The position numbers were made by a program, and so were the translations under genes. Positions 19,506 to 33,928 of a stretch of 64,000 nt of DNA are shown here, one piece after another (position 1 is the stretch's first letter; each line of letters begins with the position of its first letter). The stretch lies in NCBI GenBank assembly GCA_016181935.1, contig JACOYI010000004.1, positions 5,292-69,291 of the forward strand. Direction: 5' to 3'. Below the pieces are notes generated by a model. That model searched no databases. It saw nothing but the letters and a program-made list of their open reading frames with translations, and was not told the origin of the DNA. This stretch comes from Candidatus Niyogibacteria bacterium. Lineage in GTDB: Bacteria; Patescibacteriota; Minisyncoccia; HO2-45-28.

Positions 19506-19976
19506 TTACTTCAGATGGCGCCAACTATAGCGCGACACAAGAATTTCGCCGACCATCCACGCCGCGCTAACGAAAAGCGCGATGCAAAGCTTTTTAAACC
19601 CGACCAGATCTATCGCTATTCCGTACGCAGTGAGAGCCGCGCCGGGAAAGATCAGAAGATCGCCGATACTCATCAGCCCGCGGCCCACATCAAACCGATC
19701 GCCAAGAAACTTCAACTGCGTGGATTCATCCATCGCGCAGTGGCGCCAGCTTCGCTCAACTCCGGACTTGTGCGTCCAATAAAAGCCTCCGTCGAGCCGC
19801 ACCGGCATTCTGCCGTTCAGTACGATGACGAGCGCGTTCAGCCACCCGCCCGTAAGAACGATGAATCCTCCGTACCGAATGAAAAGATTACCGAAGGCAC
19901 ATGCGGGGCTAAAAATTATCAGGGTGACAAGGGTCATGACAAACACCAACAAATAGGGGTACAGCGTTGTCTTCAT
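19506..19976 (-). CDS. hypothetical membrane protein (NG[RG]MPV motif family)
   Basis: 156 aa; shares WLNALVIVLNGRMPV / WLAVTVNGGHMPV block with 20107..20487 product (tandem paralogs). Confidence 0.5.
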   Translation of the reverse strand: MKTTLYPYLLVFVMTLVTLIIFSPACAFGNLFIRYGGFIVLTGGWLNALVIVLNGRMPVRLDGGFYWTHKSGVERSWRHCAMDESTQLKFLGDRFDVGRGLMSIGDLLIFPGAALTAYGIAIDLVGFKKLCIALFVSAAWMVGEILVSRYSWRHLK

Positions 19977-20077
19977 AGCTCCTCCTGGGGTTTGTCCTTA
20001 TTGCTTTTTAATGAGCAAGAGCATATTAACACAAAAATCATTACCAGTCAACCCCATCCGGTGGTCATCAAGGTGTA

Positions 20078-20106
20078 GAGAAAAACCGAGCAACAGTGTT
20101 GCTCGG
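20078..20106 (-). terminator. rho-independent terminator
   Basis: Minus strand CCGAGCAAC-actg-GTTGCTCGG followed by TTTTTCTCT. Confidence 0.7.
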
Positions 20107-20487
20107 TTACCGTTTCGGGGCGCTTTTGAAAATCCGCCGCAAAACGATAACGGCGATAATGATGACGCCCGCGCCGATCACGAAATCGCCGATGCTGTAA
20201 TATCCGGCAATATCCGTGGAATTGATGACGATATCGGTTTTCCAGAACGTTAGATGAAAAAGCTTCGGGATATGAAAGATATCGCAAAGCCACGGGAGTC
20301 GTGCGCCATCCAGATCGGTCCCGATGACCGGCATGTGACCGCCGTTCACGGTGACCGCCAGCCAATTCAAAAATACGCCGGTAAAGACAATGGCCGCGCA
20401 TATGCTCAAACTGCGCATGTGGGCGCGCCACAACAAAAATGCCGCCAACCCCAATACCGCGGCGAGCCCGTAGAGAGGAATGAACAT
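20107..20487 (-). CDS. hypothetical membrane protein (NG[RG]MPV motif family)
   Basis: 126 aa, paralog of 19506..19976. Confidence 0.5.
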   Translation of the reverse strand: MFIPLYGLAAVLGLAAFLLWRAHMRSLSICAAIVFTGVFLNWLAVTVNGGHMPVIGTDLDGARLPWLCDIFHIPKLFHLTFWKTDIVINSTDIAGYYSIGDFVIGAGVIIIAVIVLRRIFKSAPKR

Positions 20488-20541
20488 GGCGTCCTCGCTG
20501 TTTTAAGGGACGACGGATCTCATTCCATTATATCAAAATGA

Positions 20542-23500
20542 TTATTTCTCCGCTTTCTTCCGGTGAAATCCGGTTCCTGCCGGAATGACGCGGCCGATGA
20601 TGACGTTTTCTTTGAGCCCGCGCAGCGTATCCACGCGGCCTTCGAGCGCCGCGCTAATCAAGACGCGCGTGGTTTCCTGGAATGATGCCGCGGCAAGGAA
20701 GCTCGATGATGCCAGCGCCGAACGAGTGATGCCCAACGGAAACGGCTCGCCTTTCGCAGGTTTGCCGCCCATTTTTTTCGTATCGCGATTTTCTTCGAGG
20801 AATGCCGAATTTTTGACGCCGTCGCCGATCGCAAAATTGGTACTGCCCGGATCGCTGATGCGCACATGCGCGAACATTTGACGCACGATGATCTCCACGT
20901 GTTTCGAGTTAATGGATGCGCCTTGCAACGTATAGAGATGCGAAACCTCATCCAAAATATACCGCTCGGCCGCCTCCGGACCCATGAGCATGAAGAGCTG
21001 GCGGATATCGACCGGACCGTCGGACAGACGCATGCCCGGCACAACGTCGACGCCTTTTTCGACGGCCGGCATCCGGCCGAACGGGATCCGGAATTCCTTT
21101 GATTCGGCTTTTGATTTCTTGGGACCGACATCGCAGAGCACCTTGACCACGCGTTCATGGCCGTCTTCTTTGATATCGAGAACCGTTCCCGTACAATCCG
21201 CGAGGATCGCGGGATTCGCGGGCGTGCGGATCTCGAATAATTCCTCCACGCGCGGAAGACCCATGGTGATATCGCCGCCCACGGCAACGCCTCCGGTGTG
21301 GAATGTGCGCATGGTCAGCTGGGTTCCGGGTTCCCCGATCGCTTGCGCCGCCACGATTCCCACGGCCTCGCCGAGCGCCACCGGCTCATTCGTTCCCAGA
21401 TCATACCCGTAACACTGCTGGCAGATACCCCGGAATGTTTTGCATGTGAACGGGCTTCGGATGAAAACCTCGTCCACTTCGCTTTTCTCGATCTTCTCCG
21501 CGTCTTCAAAATTCAAAAAGTTTCCGCGCTTTGCCACCGTCTTTCCGTGACGATTGTTGACGTCGCGCGCGGCGACCCGGCCAAAAATACGGGATGCGAG
21601 CCCTTTGCCGAAATCCTCCGCCTCACGGCGTGTCACCAAAAATCCCTTATCATCCCCGCAATCCTCGTCTTCGACGATCACGTCCTGCGCCACATCCACC
21701 AGACGGCGCGTCAAATATCCGGCCGCTGAAGTTTTGAGCGCGGTATCCGCCGTTCCTTTTCGCGCGCCATGCGTTGAGATGAAATATTCCAAAACGCCCA
21801 ATCCCTCTTTGTAATTGGAAATGATCGGGAGCTCGATGATGCGGCCGGCGGGGTTCAACACCAATCCCCGCATGCCGGACATTTGCGAGACCTGGATCCA
21901 ATTTCCGCGAGCCGCGGACGACACCATGGCGTACACCGAACCATATTCGTCGAGCGCTTTCGGAACCAAATTATCCACTTTTTGCTTTACCCCCTTCCAA
22001 GTCTCGACGATTTTTTTGTACCGTTCGTCGTTGGTAAGAAGCCCCTCGTTGTATTGACGCTCGATCTCGGCCGCCTGCGCCTGAGCCTCCCGGATCAGCT
22101 GCGGTTTTTCTTCCGGTGTCCGGAGATCGTCGACGCCCCATGAAATACCGGATACGGTGGCGTATTGAAAACCGAACGTTTTGATCTTATCGAGAATTCC
22201 CGGGATCGCTTCGCGGCCATAGCGCGCAATGAGCATCGTGACCATCCGCTCCAGATCTTTTTTCTTCACCTCGTTGTTGAAATATTCAAAATCATCCGGC
22301 AGGGCGCTGTTGAAAAGCAAACGCCCGACGGACGTTTCAAGATAATCGCCCGCCTCGGCAATGAGACGATATTTCGGCGTCGCGGTGATCGCAACTTTGA
22401 TTGTTGCTTTCAGGTGCACGTCGCCGAATTCCGACGCCAAAATCGCTTCGTTCGGACTCGAATAGATATTTCCCTCGCCCTTGAATCCCGGAAAAATTTT
22501 TGTGAGCCAATAAATACCGAGCACCATATCCTGCGTCGGATTCACGATCGGATCACCCGTGCCGGGTTTCGTCAAATTACGGATGGACCACATGAGTTCT
22601 CTGGCCTCTTTTTGCGCCTCCTGGGTCAGCGGCACGTGAACCGCCATCTGGTCGCCGTCAAAGTCGGCGTTAAACGCCTGACACACCAGCGGATGGATCT
22701 GAAGCGCGTTGCCTTCGATGAGCACCGGCTGAAATGCCTGAACCCCCAGGCGATGCAATGTCGGCGCGCGGTTTAAAAGCACGAATTTGTCATGGATGAC
22801 CTCTTCCAATGCCGCCCACACATCCGGCGTCGGCTCATCGATCGTGCGGTTCGCCCCCCGGATATTGTGCGCCAATCCCTTGGAAATCAAATTCGAGATG
22901 ACAAACGGACGGAAGAGTTCCAACGCCATGTGCTTGGGAATGCCGCATTGGTGCAGTTTAAGCGCGGGACCCACGACAATAACGGAGCGCCCCGAATAAT
23001 CCACGCGCTTGCCCAGCAAATTCTGGCGGAACCGCCCCTGCTTTCCGCGGAGCGCGTCCGCAAGGGATTTAAGTGCGCGCTTTTGCGCCTGACTCGTCAC
23101 CGCCGCATGTCCCCGGCGGATACTGTTATCGAGAAGCGCGTCCACGGCCTCCTGCAACATGCGTTTTTCGTTGCGGACGATCACTTCCGGCGCGCCCAAT
23201 TCCATCAGCTTTTTCAAACGATTGTTGCGATTGATGACGCGGCGGTACAGATCGTTCACATCCGATGTCGCATGCCGCCCGCCGTCCAACGCCACCATGG
23301 GCCGGAATGCCGGCGGCGTAATGGGGATCACGGTCAAAAACATCCACTCGGGACGCACGCCCGCCCGGATCATTCCTTTCACCATGCCCAATCGGCGGAT
23401 GATCTTCTTTTGATCCTGCGTCTCGGTATTTTTCAATTCATCCTCCAATTCCGCGGCCAGTTTATGCAGGTCGATCGAGCGGGCGATCGCATGCAGGGCT

Positions 23501-24147
23501 TTTGCGCCGATATCGGCTTCAAACACATCCGCGAATTTCAAACTTAACCGATGATATTCGATCTCCGACAGGATCTCGAGCGGCCGCAGTCCTTCGAGTT
23601 CCGTTTTCGCTTTCTCGAATGCCGTTTTGAGTTTCGACAATGTCGCGCGGTCGGCCTCTTTTGATTTTTGTTTGAATTCGCGCCCAAGATCCGCGATCCG
23701 GTCCCGGCGCATCCCCTCGTCCACGCTCGTTACAATGTAGCCCGCGAAATAGATCACGCGCTCAAGCTCCGCAAGCGTCAGGTCGAACAAAAGCCCGACC
23801 CGCGACGGCACGCCGCGCAAGAACCAAATATGCGCGACGGGACTCGCGAGCGCAATGTGTCCCATCCGTTCGCGGCGGACGACCGAACGCGTCACTTCGA
23901 CGCCGCATTTATCGCACACGATCCCTTTGTAACGGATCCGGCGGTATTTGCCGCAATAACATTCATAATCCTTTTCCGGACCGAAAATGCGCTCATCGAA
24001 AAGGCCGTCCTTTTCCGCGCGCTGGGTCCGATAATTGATGGTTTCCGGTTTTGTCACCTCGCCTCGCGACCACGATAAAATCTTCTCGGGGGACGCGAGT
24101 TTCAACGAGATCGCCTTAAAATTGATCGGGGTTGTCGATGATTCCAT
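20542..24147 (-). CDS. rpoC: DNA-directed RNA polymerase subunit beta'
   Basis: 1201 aa; NADFDGD catalytic motif, zinc-binding cysteines. Confidence 0.98.
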   Translation of the reverse strand: MESSTTPINFKAISLKLASPEKILSWSRGEVTKPETINYRTQRAEKDGLFDERIFGPEKDYECYCGKYRRIRYKGIVCDKCGVEVTRSVVRRERMGHIALASPVAHIWFLRGVPSRVGLLFDLTLAELERVIYFAGYIVTSVDEGMRRDRIADLGREFKQKSKEADRATLSKLKTAFEKAKTELEGLRPLEILSEIEYHRLSLKFADVFEADIGAKALHAIARSIDLHKLAAELEDELKNTETQDQKKIIRRLGMVKGMIRAGVRPEWMFLTVIPITPPAFRPMVALDGGRHATSDVNDLYRRVINRNNRLKKLMELGAPEVIVRNEKRMLQEAVDALLDNSIRRGHAAVTSQAQKRALKSLADALRGKQGRFRQNLLGKRVDYSGRSVIVVGPALKLHQCGIPKHMALELFRPFVISNLISKGLAHNIRGANRTIDEPTPDVWAALEEVIHDKFVLLNRAPTLHRLGVQAFQPVLIEGNALQIHPLVCQAFNADFDGDQMAVHVPLTQEAQKEARELMWSIRNLTKPGTGDPIVNPTQDMVLGIYWLTKIFPGFKGEGNIYSSPNEAILASEFGDVHLKATIKVAITATPKYRLIAEAGDYLETSVGRLLFNSALPDDFEYFNNEVKKKDLERMVTMLIARYGREAIPGILDKIKTFGFQYATVSGISWGVDDLRTPEEKPQLIREAQAQAAEIERQYNEGLLTNDERYKKIVETWKGVKQKVDNLVPKALDEYGSVYAMVSSAARGNWIQVSQMSGMRGLVLNPAGRIIELPIISNYKEGLGVLEYFISTHGARKGTADTALKTSAAGYLTRRLVDVAQDVIVEDEDCGDDKGFLVTRREAEDFGKGLASRIFGRVAARDVNNRHGKTVAKRGNFLNFEDAEKIEKSEVDEVFIRSPFTCKTFRGICQQCYGYDLGTNEPVALGEAVGIVAAQAIGEPGTQLTMRTFHTGGVAVGGDITMGLPRVEELFEIRTPANPAILADCTGTVLDIKEDGHERVVKVLCDVGPKKSKAESKEFRIPFGRMPAVEKGVDVVPGMRLSDGPVDIRQLFMLMGPEAAERYILDEVSHLYTLQGASINSKHVEIIVRQMFAHVRISDPGSTNFAIGDGVKNSAFLEENRDTKKMGGKPAKGEPFPLGITRSALASSSFLAAASFQETTRVLISAALEGRVDTLRGLKENVIIGRVIPAGTGFHRKKAEK

Positions 24148-24151
24148 GGAA

Positions 24152-27373
<3,222 letters not shown>

Positions 27374-27477
27374 AAAAAAATAAAAAAGTATAAAAATACC
27401 CCTAATATCCCTCTTTAAACGGGGCTTCTAATTGACTTCTTCCTTAATGACTATGGCGATACTGCACCTAATAATTC

Positions 27478-27524
27478 AGTATACTCCCCTCTTTTTTCTT
27501 GTCAAGCGCCCAGGGTGTGGATAA
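27478..27524 (-). promoter_or_regulatory. rpoB promoter TTGACA-N16-TATACT with TTATCCACA (DnaA-box 9-mer) 10 nt upstream of -35
   Basis: Minus strand: TTATCCACAccctgggcgcTTGACAagaaaaaagaggggagTATACT. Confidence 0.5.
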
Positions 27525-27546
27525 AAACAGCCGGGGGATTTGCTTA

Positions 27547-27700
27547 GAACTCATTTCAAAACCTCTCTTCTCTCGCGCATGCTGCGAGTAGGCACGCCGT
27601 ATTCTTCTGCTGAAGAATCGGCTTATTCTCGCGCCGTCGCGCTCCGAGAATCCTACTCGCAGCATGCGCTCGTTCCGATCAACGGTTTTGAAATGAGCTC
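27547..27700. promoter_or_regulatory. large interrupted inverted repeat upstream of the rpoB promoter
   Basis: Arms ctcatttcaaaacc (14 bp) + cgcatgctgcgagtagg (17 bp) pair with cctactcgcagcatgcg...ggttttgaaatgag; nested palindromes ATTCTTC-TGC-GAAGAAT and TTCTCG..CGAGAA in the centre. Confidence 0.55.
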
Positions 27701-28788
27701 TATTCCCGCCCGAGCGGGCGCTTGGATAAAGAATTCAAAATGCCAAGACCCATAAAAAGCGTTATCAGCGACGAGCCGCCATAACTGACAAAAGGAAGCG
27801 GCAAGCCCGTGATCGGAAGAAGCCCCACATTCATGCCGACATGGATAAAAAATTGCGCGATAATGATGCTCGAGAGCCCGATCGCGTAGAGCCGCTCAAA
27901 ATTCCCCTCGCCCATCACCCCCACGCGAAGGATCCGCCACACGACGATCCCGAAAAAAATAAGAAGTAAAAGCGAACCCGCGAATCCCCATTCTTCGGCG
28001 AATGCCGCGAACATAAAATCGGTTTCGGGTTCCGGTAAAAATTCGAGGCGCGACTGGCTGCCGTACCCGATCCCGCGCCCCCAGAAACTGCCCGCCCCAA
28101 CGGCGATCTGCGCTTGGATCGTATGATATCCGCCGCCGCGGGGATCGAGATACGGATCCAAAAACGAGTAAATGCGTTCGCGCTGATACGGCTCAAGAAC
28201 GAAAAACCATCCGATGATGACGGTCGCGACAGCCAAAAGGCCGAGCGCGAAAAAATGTTTTTTGGAAATGCCCGACGCCAAGACCATCGCAAGCCACAAT
28301 GCCGCCAAAATCAAAACCGATCCCAAGTCCGGCTGAATGAACACCAGCACGAGCGGAATGAGCACATAAAATCCCGAAACGATAATATGGCGGATATTCG
28401 CAATTTCAATGTGGCGGCGGGAAAAATATTTTGCAAGCATCAGCGCCAAGACGATTTTCATGGGTTCCACCGGCTCGAACGACAACGCTCCGACCCGAAA
28501 CCAGCTCGTGGCGCCCCGGATGGGATCCGCCGTGACAAAAAGCAGGAGAAGCGCCGCAAGGCCCGCCGCATACATTCCCACGAGCAGCGACCGGGAACGC
28601 AGGATCGAGGGATCCGAAAACGACATCCAAAGAAAAACGCCGAATGAAACTCCGACCCAAATAAGCTGACGCCAGAAAAAATAATCGTCCCCGCCGCCGA
28701 AGGACTTCATGGTGACGAGGCCCGCGAACAAAAGCGGGGTGAGCGACAGTAATAAAATCCAGTCGATCCGCTGAAGAAGGACGCGCAT
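27700..28788 (-). CDS. ftsW: FtsW/RodA/SpoVE family peptidoglycan glycosyltransferase
   Basis: 362 aa, about 10 TM helices, SEDS family blocks. Confidence 0.9.
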   Translation of the reverse strand: MRVLLQRIDWILLLSLTPLLFAGLVTMKSFGGGDDYFFWRQLIWVGVSFGVFLWMSFSDPSILRSRSLLVGMYAAGLAALLLLFVTADPIRGATSWFRVGALSFEPVEPMKIVLALMLAKYFSRRHIEIANIRHIIVSGFYVLIPLVLVFIQPDLGSVLILAALWLAMVLASGISKKHFFALGLLAVATVIIGWFFVLEPYQRERIYSFLDPYLDPRGGGYHTIQAQIAVGAGSFWGRGIGYGSQSRLEFLPEPETDFMFAAFAEEWGFAGSLLLLIFFGIVVWRILRVGVMGEGNFERLYAIGLSSIIIAQFFIHVGMNVGLLPITGLPLPFVSYGGSSLITLFMGLGILNSLSKRPLGRE

Positions 28789-28799
28789 ACGTCCTTACG

Positions 28800-29561
28800 T
28801 TAGCGGGGCGCGGGGGTTCGGACAAGCACGTCGATCGCGGAAGGTTCCGTAGTGACAGCGCCTGTAGGCCACGAAAATGACAACACGCGTTCCGCTCCCG
28901 CGCGCAATTCTTCAACCGCAGTTTGGCTTGCGCCGTAGGCGTTTCCCGCGGCGTCCAGAAGGATCGCGGATGCTTGGAGGTTCGCGCGATCCGCCGAGCC
29001 CGCATTGCGGATCGTGACAGACAATCGCGGACTCGGAGTGAGCGTAAAATCGCGCCGCACGACGAGAATATTCGGTTTTGCGTAATCCGCGTAACGCCAG
29101 CGGGTCGGTTCAAATTCAATGGAAACCCGCACGGGTTTGCGCTCGCCCGTAAAAAGTCCGGGTTCGAGTATCAAAAATCGTTCGGCGGGGTTGATGTACG
29201 TTTCGCCCGCGCGCTGTGAGATCAAAATGTTATTGGCATCGTAAAGTTTTACGCGGTAAAATGCGCGATCAGCCGCCGCGAAATTATGGATGTTTTCTAT
29301 GAAAGCGGCGGCCTCGTAGAGTCCCTCGCCCAATTGGAAAAACCGGGACCACAGCACCACGGGCTCGGAAAGATTTGCAAGGCAGGGCGTGCAGGGCCCG
29401 CCGCAATCCACGCCTTCCTCGCCTTGATTTTGACGGTTATCAAAACAGGTCGCTTCAGGGACCGCAAGAAACGCGAGATACGCAATGACGGCCGCGCCCG
29501 CAAGAATGAGCGCCCCGAAGACGACCAGCTGACGCTTCGCCTTCCACGAAAAAATCGGCAT
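28800..29561 (-). CDS. hypothetical secreted protein
   Basis: 253 aa; N-terminal TM/signal; cysteine-rich segment CFDNRQNQGEEGVDCGGPCTPC. Confidence 0.5.
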   Translation of the reverse strand: MPIFSWKAKRQLVVFGALILAGAAVIAYLAFLAVPEATCFDNRQNQGEEGVDCGGPCTPCLANLSEPVVLWSRFFQLGEGLYEAAAFIENIHNFAAADRAFYRVKLYDANNILISQRAGETYINPAERFLILEPGLFTGERKPVRVSIEFEPTRWRYADYAKPNILVVRRDFTLTPSPRLSVTIRNAGSADRANLQASAILLDAAGNAYGASQTAVEELRAGAERVLSFSWPTGAVTTEPSAIDVLVRTPAPR

Positions 29562-29583
29562 ATGCTCTTACTATATAGAAAGG

Positions 29584-29620
29584 AAAAGAAAAAGTCCCGC
29601 TATCCAAAAGGATGCGGGAT
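29584..29620 (-). terminator. rho-independent terminator
   Basis: Minus strand TCCCGCATCC-TTTT-GGATAGCGGGA + CTTTTTCTTTT; related hairpin at 30091-30127. Confidence 0.65.
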
Positions 29621-29638
29621 TTGATCCGGGAAAACGAT

Positions 29639-30094
29639 CTACTGGGCGGGTCGAAACACCAATTTCATGACGCCAAGGTCTACTGTCTGCACTTTTCCGG
29701 TGTAGTGAAGAATTTTCGGAACCGAATTATTGTACCCTACCACCAACAGAGAAAATTCGTAGAATCCCGGCGGCATGTTGTAAAGTACAAAAATCCCGCG
29801 TTCGTTGGTAAAAGTTATCCCTACCTGTTGATTATCCGATGTTCTCACCGAAACCGCTATCTGGTCAACAGGAACGCCATCCATATCAACAACCTGTCCG
29901 GTAATGATCGACAGGCCGGTTTTTTCTGCGCTCGATGCCGTTTTCCCTATGAAAGCGACGAACACGAAAAAAGAAATGAACAATACAACGACCGCTGCGG
30001 TTTTTGTCCTTGTCATTTCATACTCCTTTTCGTTGTTTCCTCCACTGCAAAATATAACAGATAAAGAAAGTCCGTCAAAAGAAATCGTGGGCAA
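29639..30094 (-). CDS. hypothetical secreted protein with carboxypeptidase-regulatory-like beta-sandwich domain
   Basis: 151 aa; signal peptide; ITGQVVDMDGVPVDQIAVSV...GFYEFSL pattern. Confidence 0.5.
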   Translation of the reverse strand: MPTISFDGLSLSVIFCSGGNNEKEYEMTRTKTAAVVVLFISFFVFVAFIGKTASSAEKTGLSIITGQVVDMDGVPVDQIAVSVRTSDNQQVGITFTNERGIFVLYNMPPGFYEFSLLVVGYNNSVPKILHYTGKVQTVDLGVMKLVFRPAQ

Positions 30095-30127
30095 AAAAGA
30101 ACCCCGCTATCCAAAAGGATAACGGGA
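30091..30127 (-). terminator. rho-independent terminator at end of rRNA/tRNA transcription unit
   Basis: Minus strand CCCGTTATCC-TTTT-GGATAGCGGGG + TTCTTTTTT. Confidence 0.65.
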
Positions 30128-30472
30128 GTAAACTCTGCACTGTGTCGGCTCACTCGGGCTTTCCAAGGGTTTCCCGAGGTCCGACTGCACCGGGTACCTG
30201 TACACGCCTTGAGGCAACTGGCGATAGTACAGCTTGGCGGCCAGAAAGCGGGTGCCTCTCGCTGCAAAGAACCGATTTATGGAGGAACGCAATCGCAGGA
30301 TTTTGGCAGCCGGGGCGGTGGCCGCCGAACTTAAAATCCCCCGAACTCAGAACGTCCTGCGATTGCGCGAAAGGGTCGGCGGAGATTCAGGCGTTGAGGC
30401 CCATCTCGTGACTTCCGTGGGGCCGCGTCTGACCGGATCCCCGCCGATTCGTTGAGTGAAAGAACTTCGGAA

Positions 30473-30553
30473 AGCGCCCGACGGGAATTGAACCCGTGAC
30501 CCCCGATCCAACACGCGTGCCGGATGGTGCTCTACCAGCTGAGCTACGGACGC
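30473..30553 (-). tRNA. tRNA-like gene with aberrant anticodon arm (possible pseudogene or non-canonical tRNA)
   Basis: Canonical acceptor GCGTCCG/CGGGCGC, D-arm GCTCAGCTGGTAGAGC, T-arm ACGGG-TTCAATT-CCCGT; anticodon region replaced by 8-bp stem ATCCGGCA/TGTTGGAT with 4-nt loop CGCG; 81 nt. Confidence 0.4.
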
Positions 30554-30967
30554 TTGCTTATGTGAAGTGGAGCAGGAAGGGTGGGTACGGTACGGCGTTC
30601 GCATACCTAGGATTTAGGACCACGGACCCTGCCGCGGAACGCTAGCCGCCTTCTGCGGCCCACCCCGTCCTGCATGTGAATCTGAAAAAGTTGAGTGGCT
30701 ATAGGGCTTGAGACGTCCCCTTCCATTTGGAAGTGATCATCCTCCGCGCAGCGCTTCCGTCGAAGTCCACGCCTTTCACTACCCCTCAATGACACCTAAC
30801 CGATGGTCACCAAGGTTAGTATAGAAAACTCAACTACAGCCACTCTGAAGAGGAATCTAGCACCTTCCTCTTTCCCTGTCAAGAGGTGGCGGCAGGCAGC
30901 CCACAAAGTAACAGCCGGGAAAGGAGGAGAACCCACCGCTACCCGAGAAGCCGCCTTGCCGCCAGAA

Positions 30968-31039
30968 AGCGCTTGGCCGGATTCGAACCGACGCTCGGGG
31001 TTTTGCAGACCCCCGCCTTACCAGCTTGGCTACAAGCGC
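30968..31039 (-). tRNA. tRNA-Cys (anticodon GCA)
   Basis: Acceptor GCGCTTG/CAAGCGC, anticodon stem GGGGT/ACCCC with loop CTGCAAA, T-loop TTCGAAT. Confidence 0.85.
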
Positions 31040-31254
31040 TTAAGAACTTTTCGTTTTCGCACGCTTTCGCGCGCCTGTTTTTGATATTTCAACCGCTCCA
31101 CCAGCGGCAATGAAACAAAATCTCCGCGATCAATGACGTCCGCGATCTTTCTTTCGTCTGAAGTCAACGGGACCGCATCCATCGACAAGTCGGTCAGGAT
31201 CCGCGTGATTTTTCCCATCGCACACCTCCGTTCGTAACAACTTTATTCAATCCC

Positions 31255-31370
31255 CGGTACTGGCGGCTGCCTACTGTCCCCTTGCGAGTATCATCGGCAG
31301 TAGAGCGTTTTACGACTCTGTTCGGAATGGGAAGAGGTAGTTCCACCCCCTCAAGCCACCAGAACCGGAG
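31255..31370 (-). rRNA. rrf: 5S ribosomal RNA
   Basis: Minus strand matches 5S consensus (CCGAACAGAGTCGTAAAACGCTCTACTGCCGATGATACTCGCAAGGGGACAGTAGGCAGCCGCCAG); helix I CTGGTGGC/GCCGCCAG. Confidence 0.85.
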
Positions 31371-31562
31371 ATTCAATTGCTTATTGCGTGTTCTAAAATG
31401 AATTTTCGGAATCACAAATCATAGAGCAGAAAAAGACGTCGAAACATCGGGATAAGACCGGTCGTTTAGTACTTCTCGGCTGAATCCCTTACGGGACTTA
31501 CACCTAAAGCCTATATGCGTGGTAATCTTCCACGGACCTTAACGATTTCTAATCTTGGGGCC

Positions 31563-31595
<33 letters not shown>

Positions 31596-31736
31596 GATCC
31601 GAACGTAGCTACCCAGCGGTGCCCTTGGCAGGACAGCTGGCAGACCAGAGGTTCGTTCATCCTGATCCTCTCGTACAGAGGACGAATCCCCTCAAAAATC
31701 AACGCCTGCAGTAGATAGGAGACCAACCTGTCTTAC

Positions 31737-32449
31737 GCATTTCTCAACAATTACTTGCTGTATGGACTATACCATCATCCCCGATTTCTCGGGGCGACCG
31801 ACGTGTTAGCAATTCGTTTCTGAATCACTCTGCCGCTCCGCCAGCTGGCGAACGCGACAAGTCTCTACGGGGTCAATGTACGTTTCTTCCGCTTTTTTGA
31901 ATAATTCAATTCGCGGAAGGAATCTATCATTTTCATCAAAACCTTAAAGTCGTTTGCCTTCTCGACTTTTTGCTTTTGATCGATAATTTTGAACATCAGC
32001 TCAACCTGTTTGCGTTTTAATATCACAAAAGGTCGAATCGATATGAGGAATTTTTTGATATTATCGATCCGATTGATCGTATACTCAAGAATTCCGTCGT
32101 TGCGATCCCTGATATGACCGAGACCGATCAGGGCACACAACTCCTCGAACTTACTGCGGTCCTTCGCGGATTGAAACAGCACAATATAGAGAGCGACCTG
32201 ATATCCGTACCGATAATCGGCATTCGGCTTAAGCCGCGCGTAAATACTGCCGTCCCCATCCAAAAAACCCGCTAAATAAGCTCTTCGTATCGACGAAAGT
32301 GATGATTTCATACACGACTTCCCTCGGTATTATCCTAACACACGACAGGTTGTTTTTGTAGTGTTAGGACTTCACCGATATGAGTCGGTTTTTCATGCGC
32401 AATTGCTCGCGCATGCCGCCGTGTTTGATGTCCTCGGTTCAAGTATTTT
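31737..32449 (-). mobile_element. 23S rRNA intron 1 (putative group I) at the E. coli L2593-equivalent site
   Basis: Exon homology to E. coli breaks between ..GGGTTCAAACCGTC and GTAAGACAGGTTGGTC.. (E. coli GAACGTC|GTGAGACAG); 713-nt insert containing a LAGLIDADG ORF. Confidence 0.7.
31865..32311 (-). CDS. LAGLIDADG homing endonuclease (intron-encoded)
   Basis: 148 aa; LAGFLDGDGS motif; AT-rich; inside 23S. Confidence 0.85.
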   Translation of the reverse strand: MKSSLSSIRRAYLAGFLDGDGSIYARLKPNADYRYGYQVALYIVLFQSAKDRSKFEELCALIGLGHIRDRNDGILEYTINRIDNIKKFLISIRPFVILKRKQVELMFKIIDQKQKVEKANDFKVLMKMIDSFRELNYSKKRKKRTLTP

Positions 32450-33083
32450 GACGGTTTGAACCCAGCTCGCGTACCTTTTTAATTGGCGAACAGCCAAACC
32501 CTTGGGAGCTTCTCCACCCCCAGGATAAGGTGAGCCGACATCGAGGTGCCGAACACCGCCGTCGCTATGGACGCTTGGGCGGTACCAGCCTGTTATCCCC
32601 GGAGTAACTTTTATCCGTTGAGCTTCCACGGCTTCTAATGCCCATGGTCGGATCACTATGTTCTGCTTTCGCACCTGCTTGACATGTCCGTCTCGCAGTT
32701 AAGCTGGTATGTGGCATTGCCCTATCGGTGCGATTTCCATCCGCACCTAACCAACCTTAATAAACTCCTCCATTACTTTTTAGGAGGAAAGTGCCCCACT
32801 TAAACTGCCCACCAGATACTGTTCCCGTCCCGTTTGACGGGACAGGTTAGATTTTACAACGCTCAAGATGGGTATTTCACGGGTGGCTCCATTCCGGCCG
32901 AAACCAAAACTTCAAAGCCTCCCCACTATGCTACGCATGAGAATCGTAAAGCCAATATCAAGTTGCAGTAAAGCTTCCGGGGTCTTTTCGTCTAACTGCA
33001 GGTAACCGGCATCTTCACCGGTATTGTATTTTCACCGGGCGCTTCTCCGAGACAGTCCTCCAGTCGTTACGCCTTTCGTGCGC

Positions 33084-33793
<710 letters not shown>

Positions 33794-33850
33794 ACCTTAG
33801 AACGATTATAGTTATCGCTGACATTGACGAGGGCTTCGGCCGGTCAGCCA

Positions 33851-33928
33851 CCCTGGAGGCTGGAAACCGGAAGCTAGTGTCTGGAATTTCTCCAGCATCT
33901 AGCATTCTAGCCTCTAGTCTCCAGAGTG
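33851..33928. repeat. CTGGAA/CTAGA-rich hairpin insertion in 23S (IVS-like), copy R1
   Basis: ccctggaggctggaaaccggaagctagtgtctggaatttctccagcatctagcattctagcctctagtctccagag, inserted next to conserved GGTTAACGTTGGCG (domain IV). Confidence 0.7.

Noticed and set aside
30095-30967. RNase P RNA, tmRNA or SRP RNA in the spacers of the rRNA operon tail
   Set aside because: Manual search for P4 (AGGAAAGTCCGGGC / ACAGAACCCGGCTTA), SRP domain IV (GGTCCGGAAGGAAGCAGC) and a tmRNA tag ORF found only weak partial resemblances. Left as unassigned spacer.
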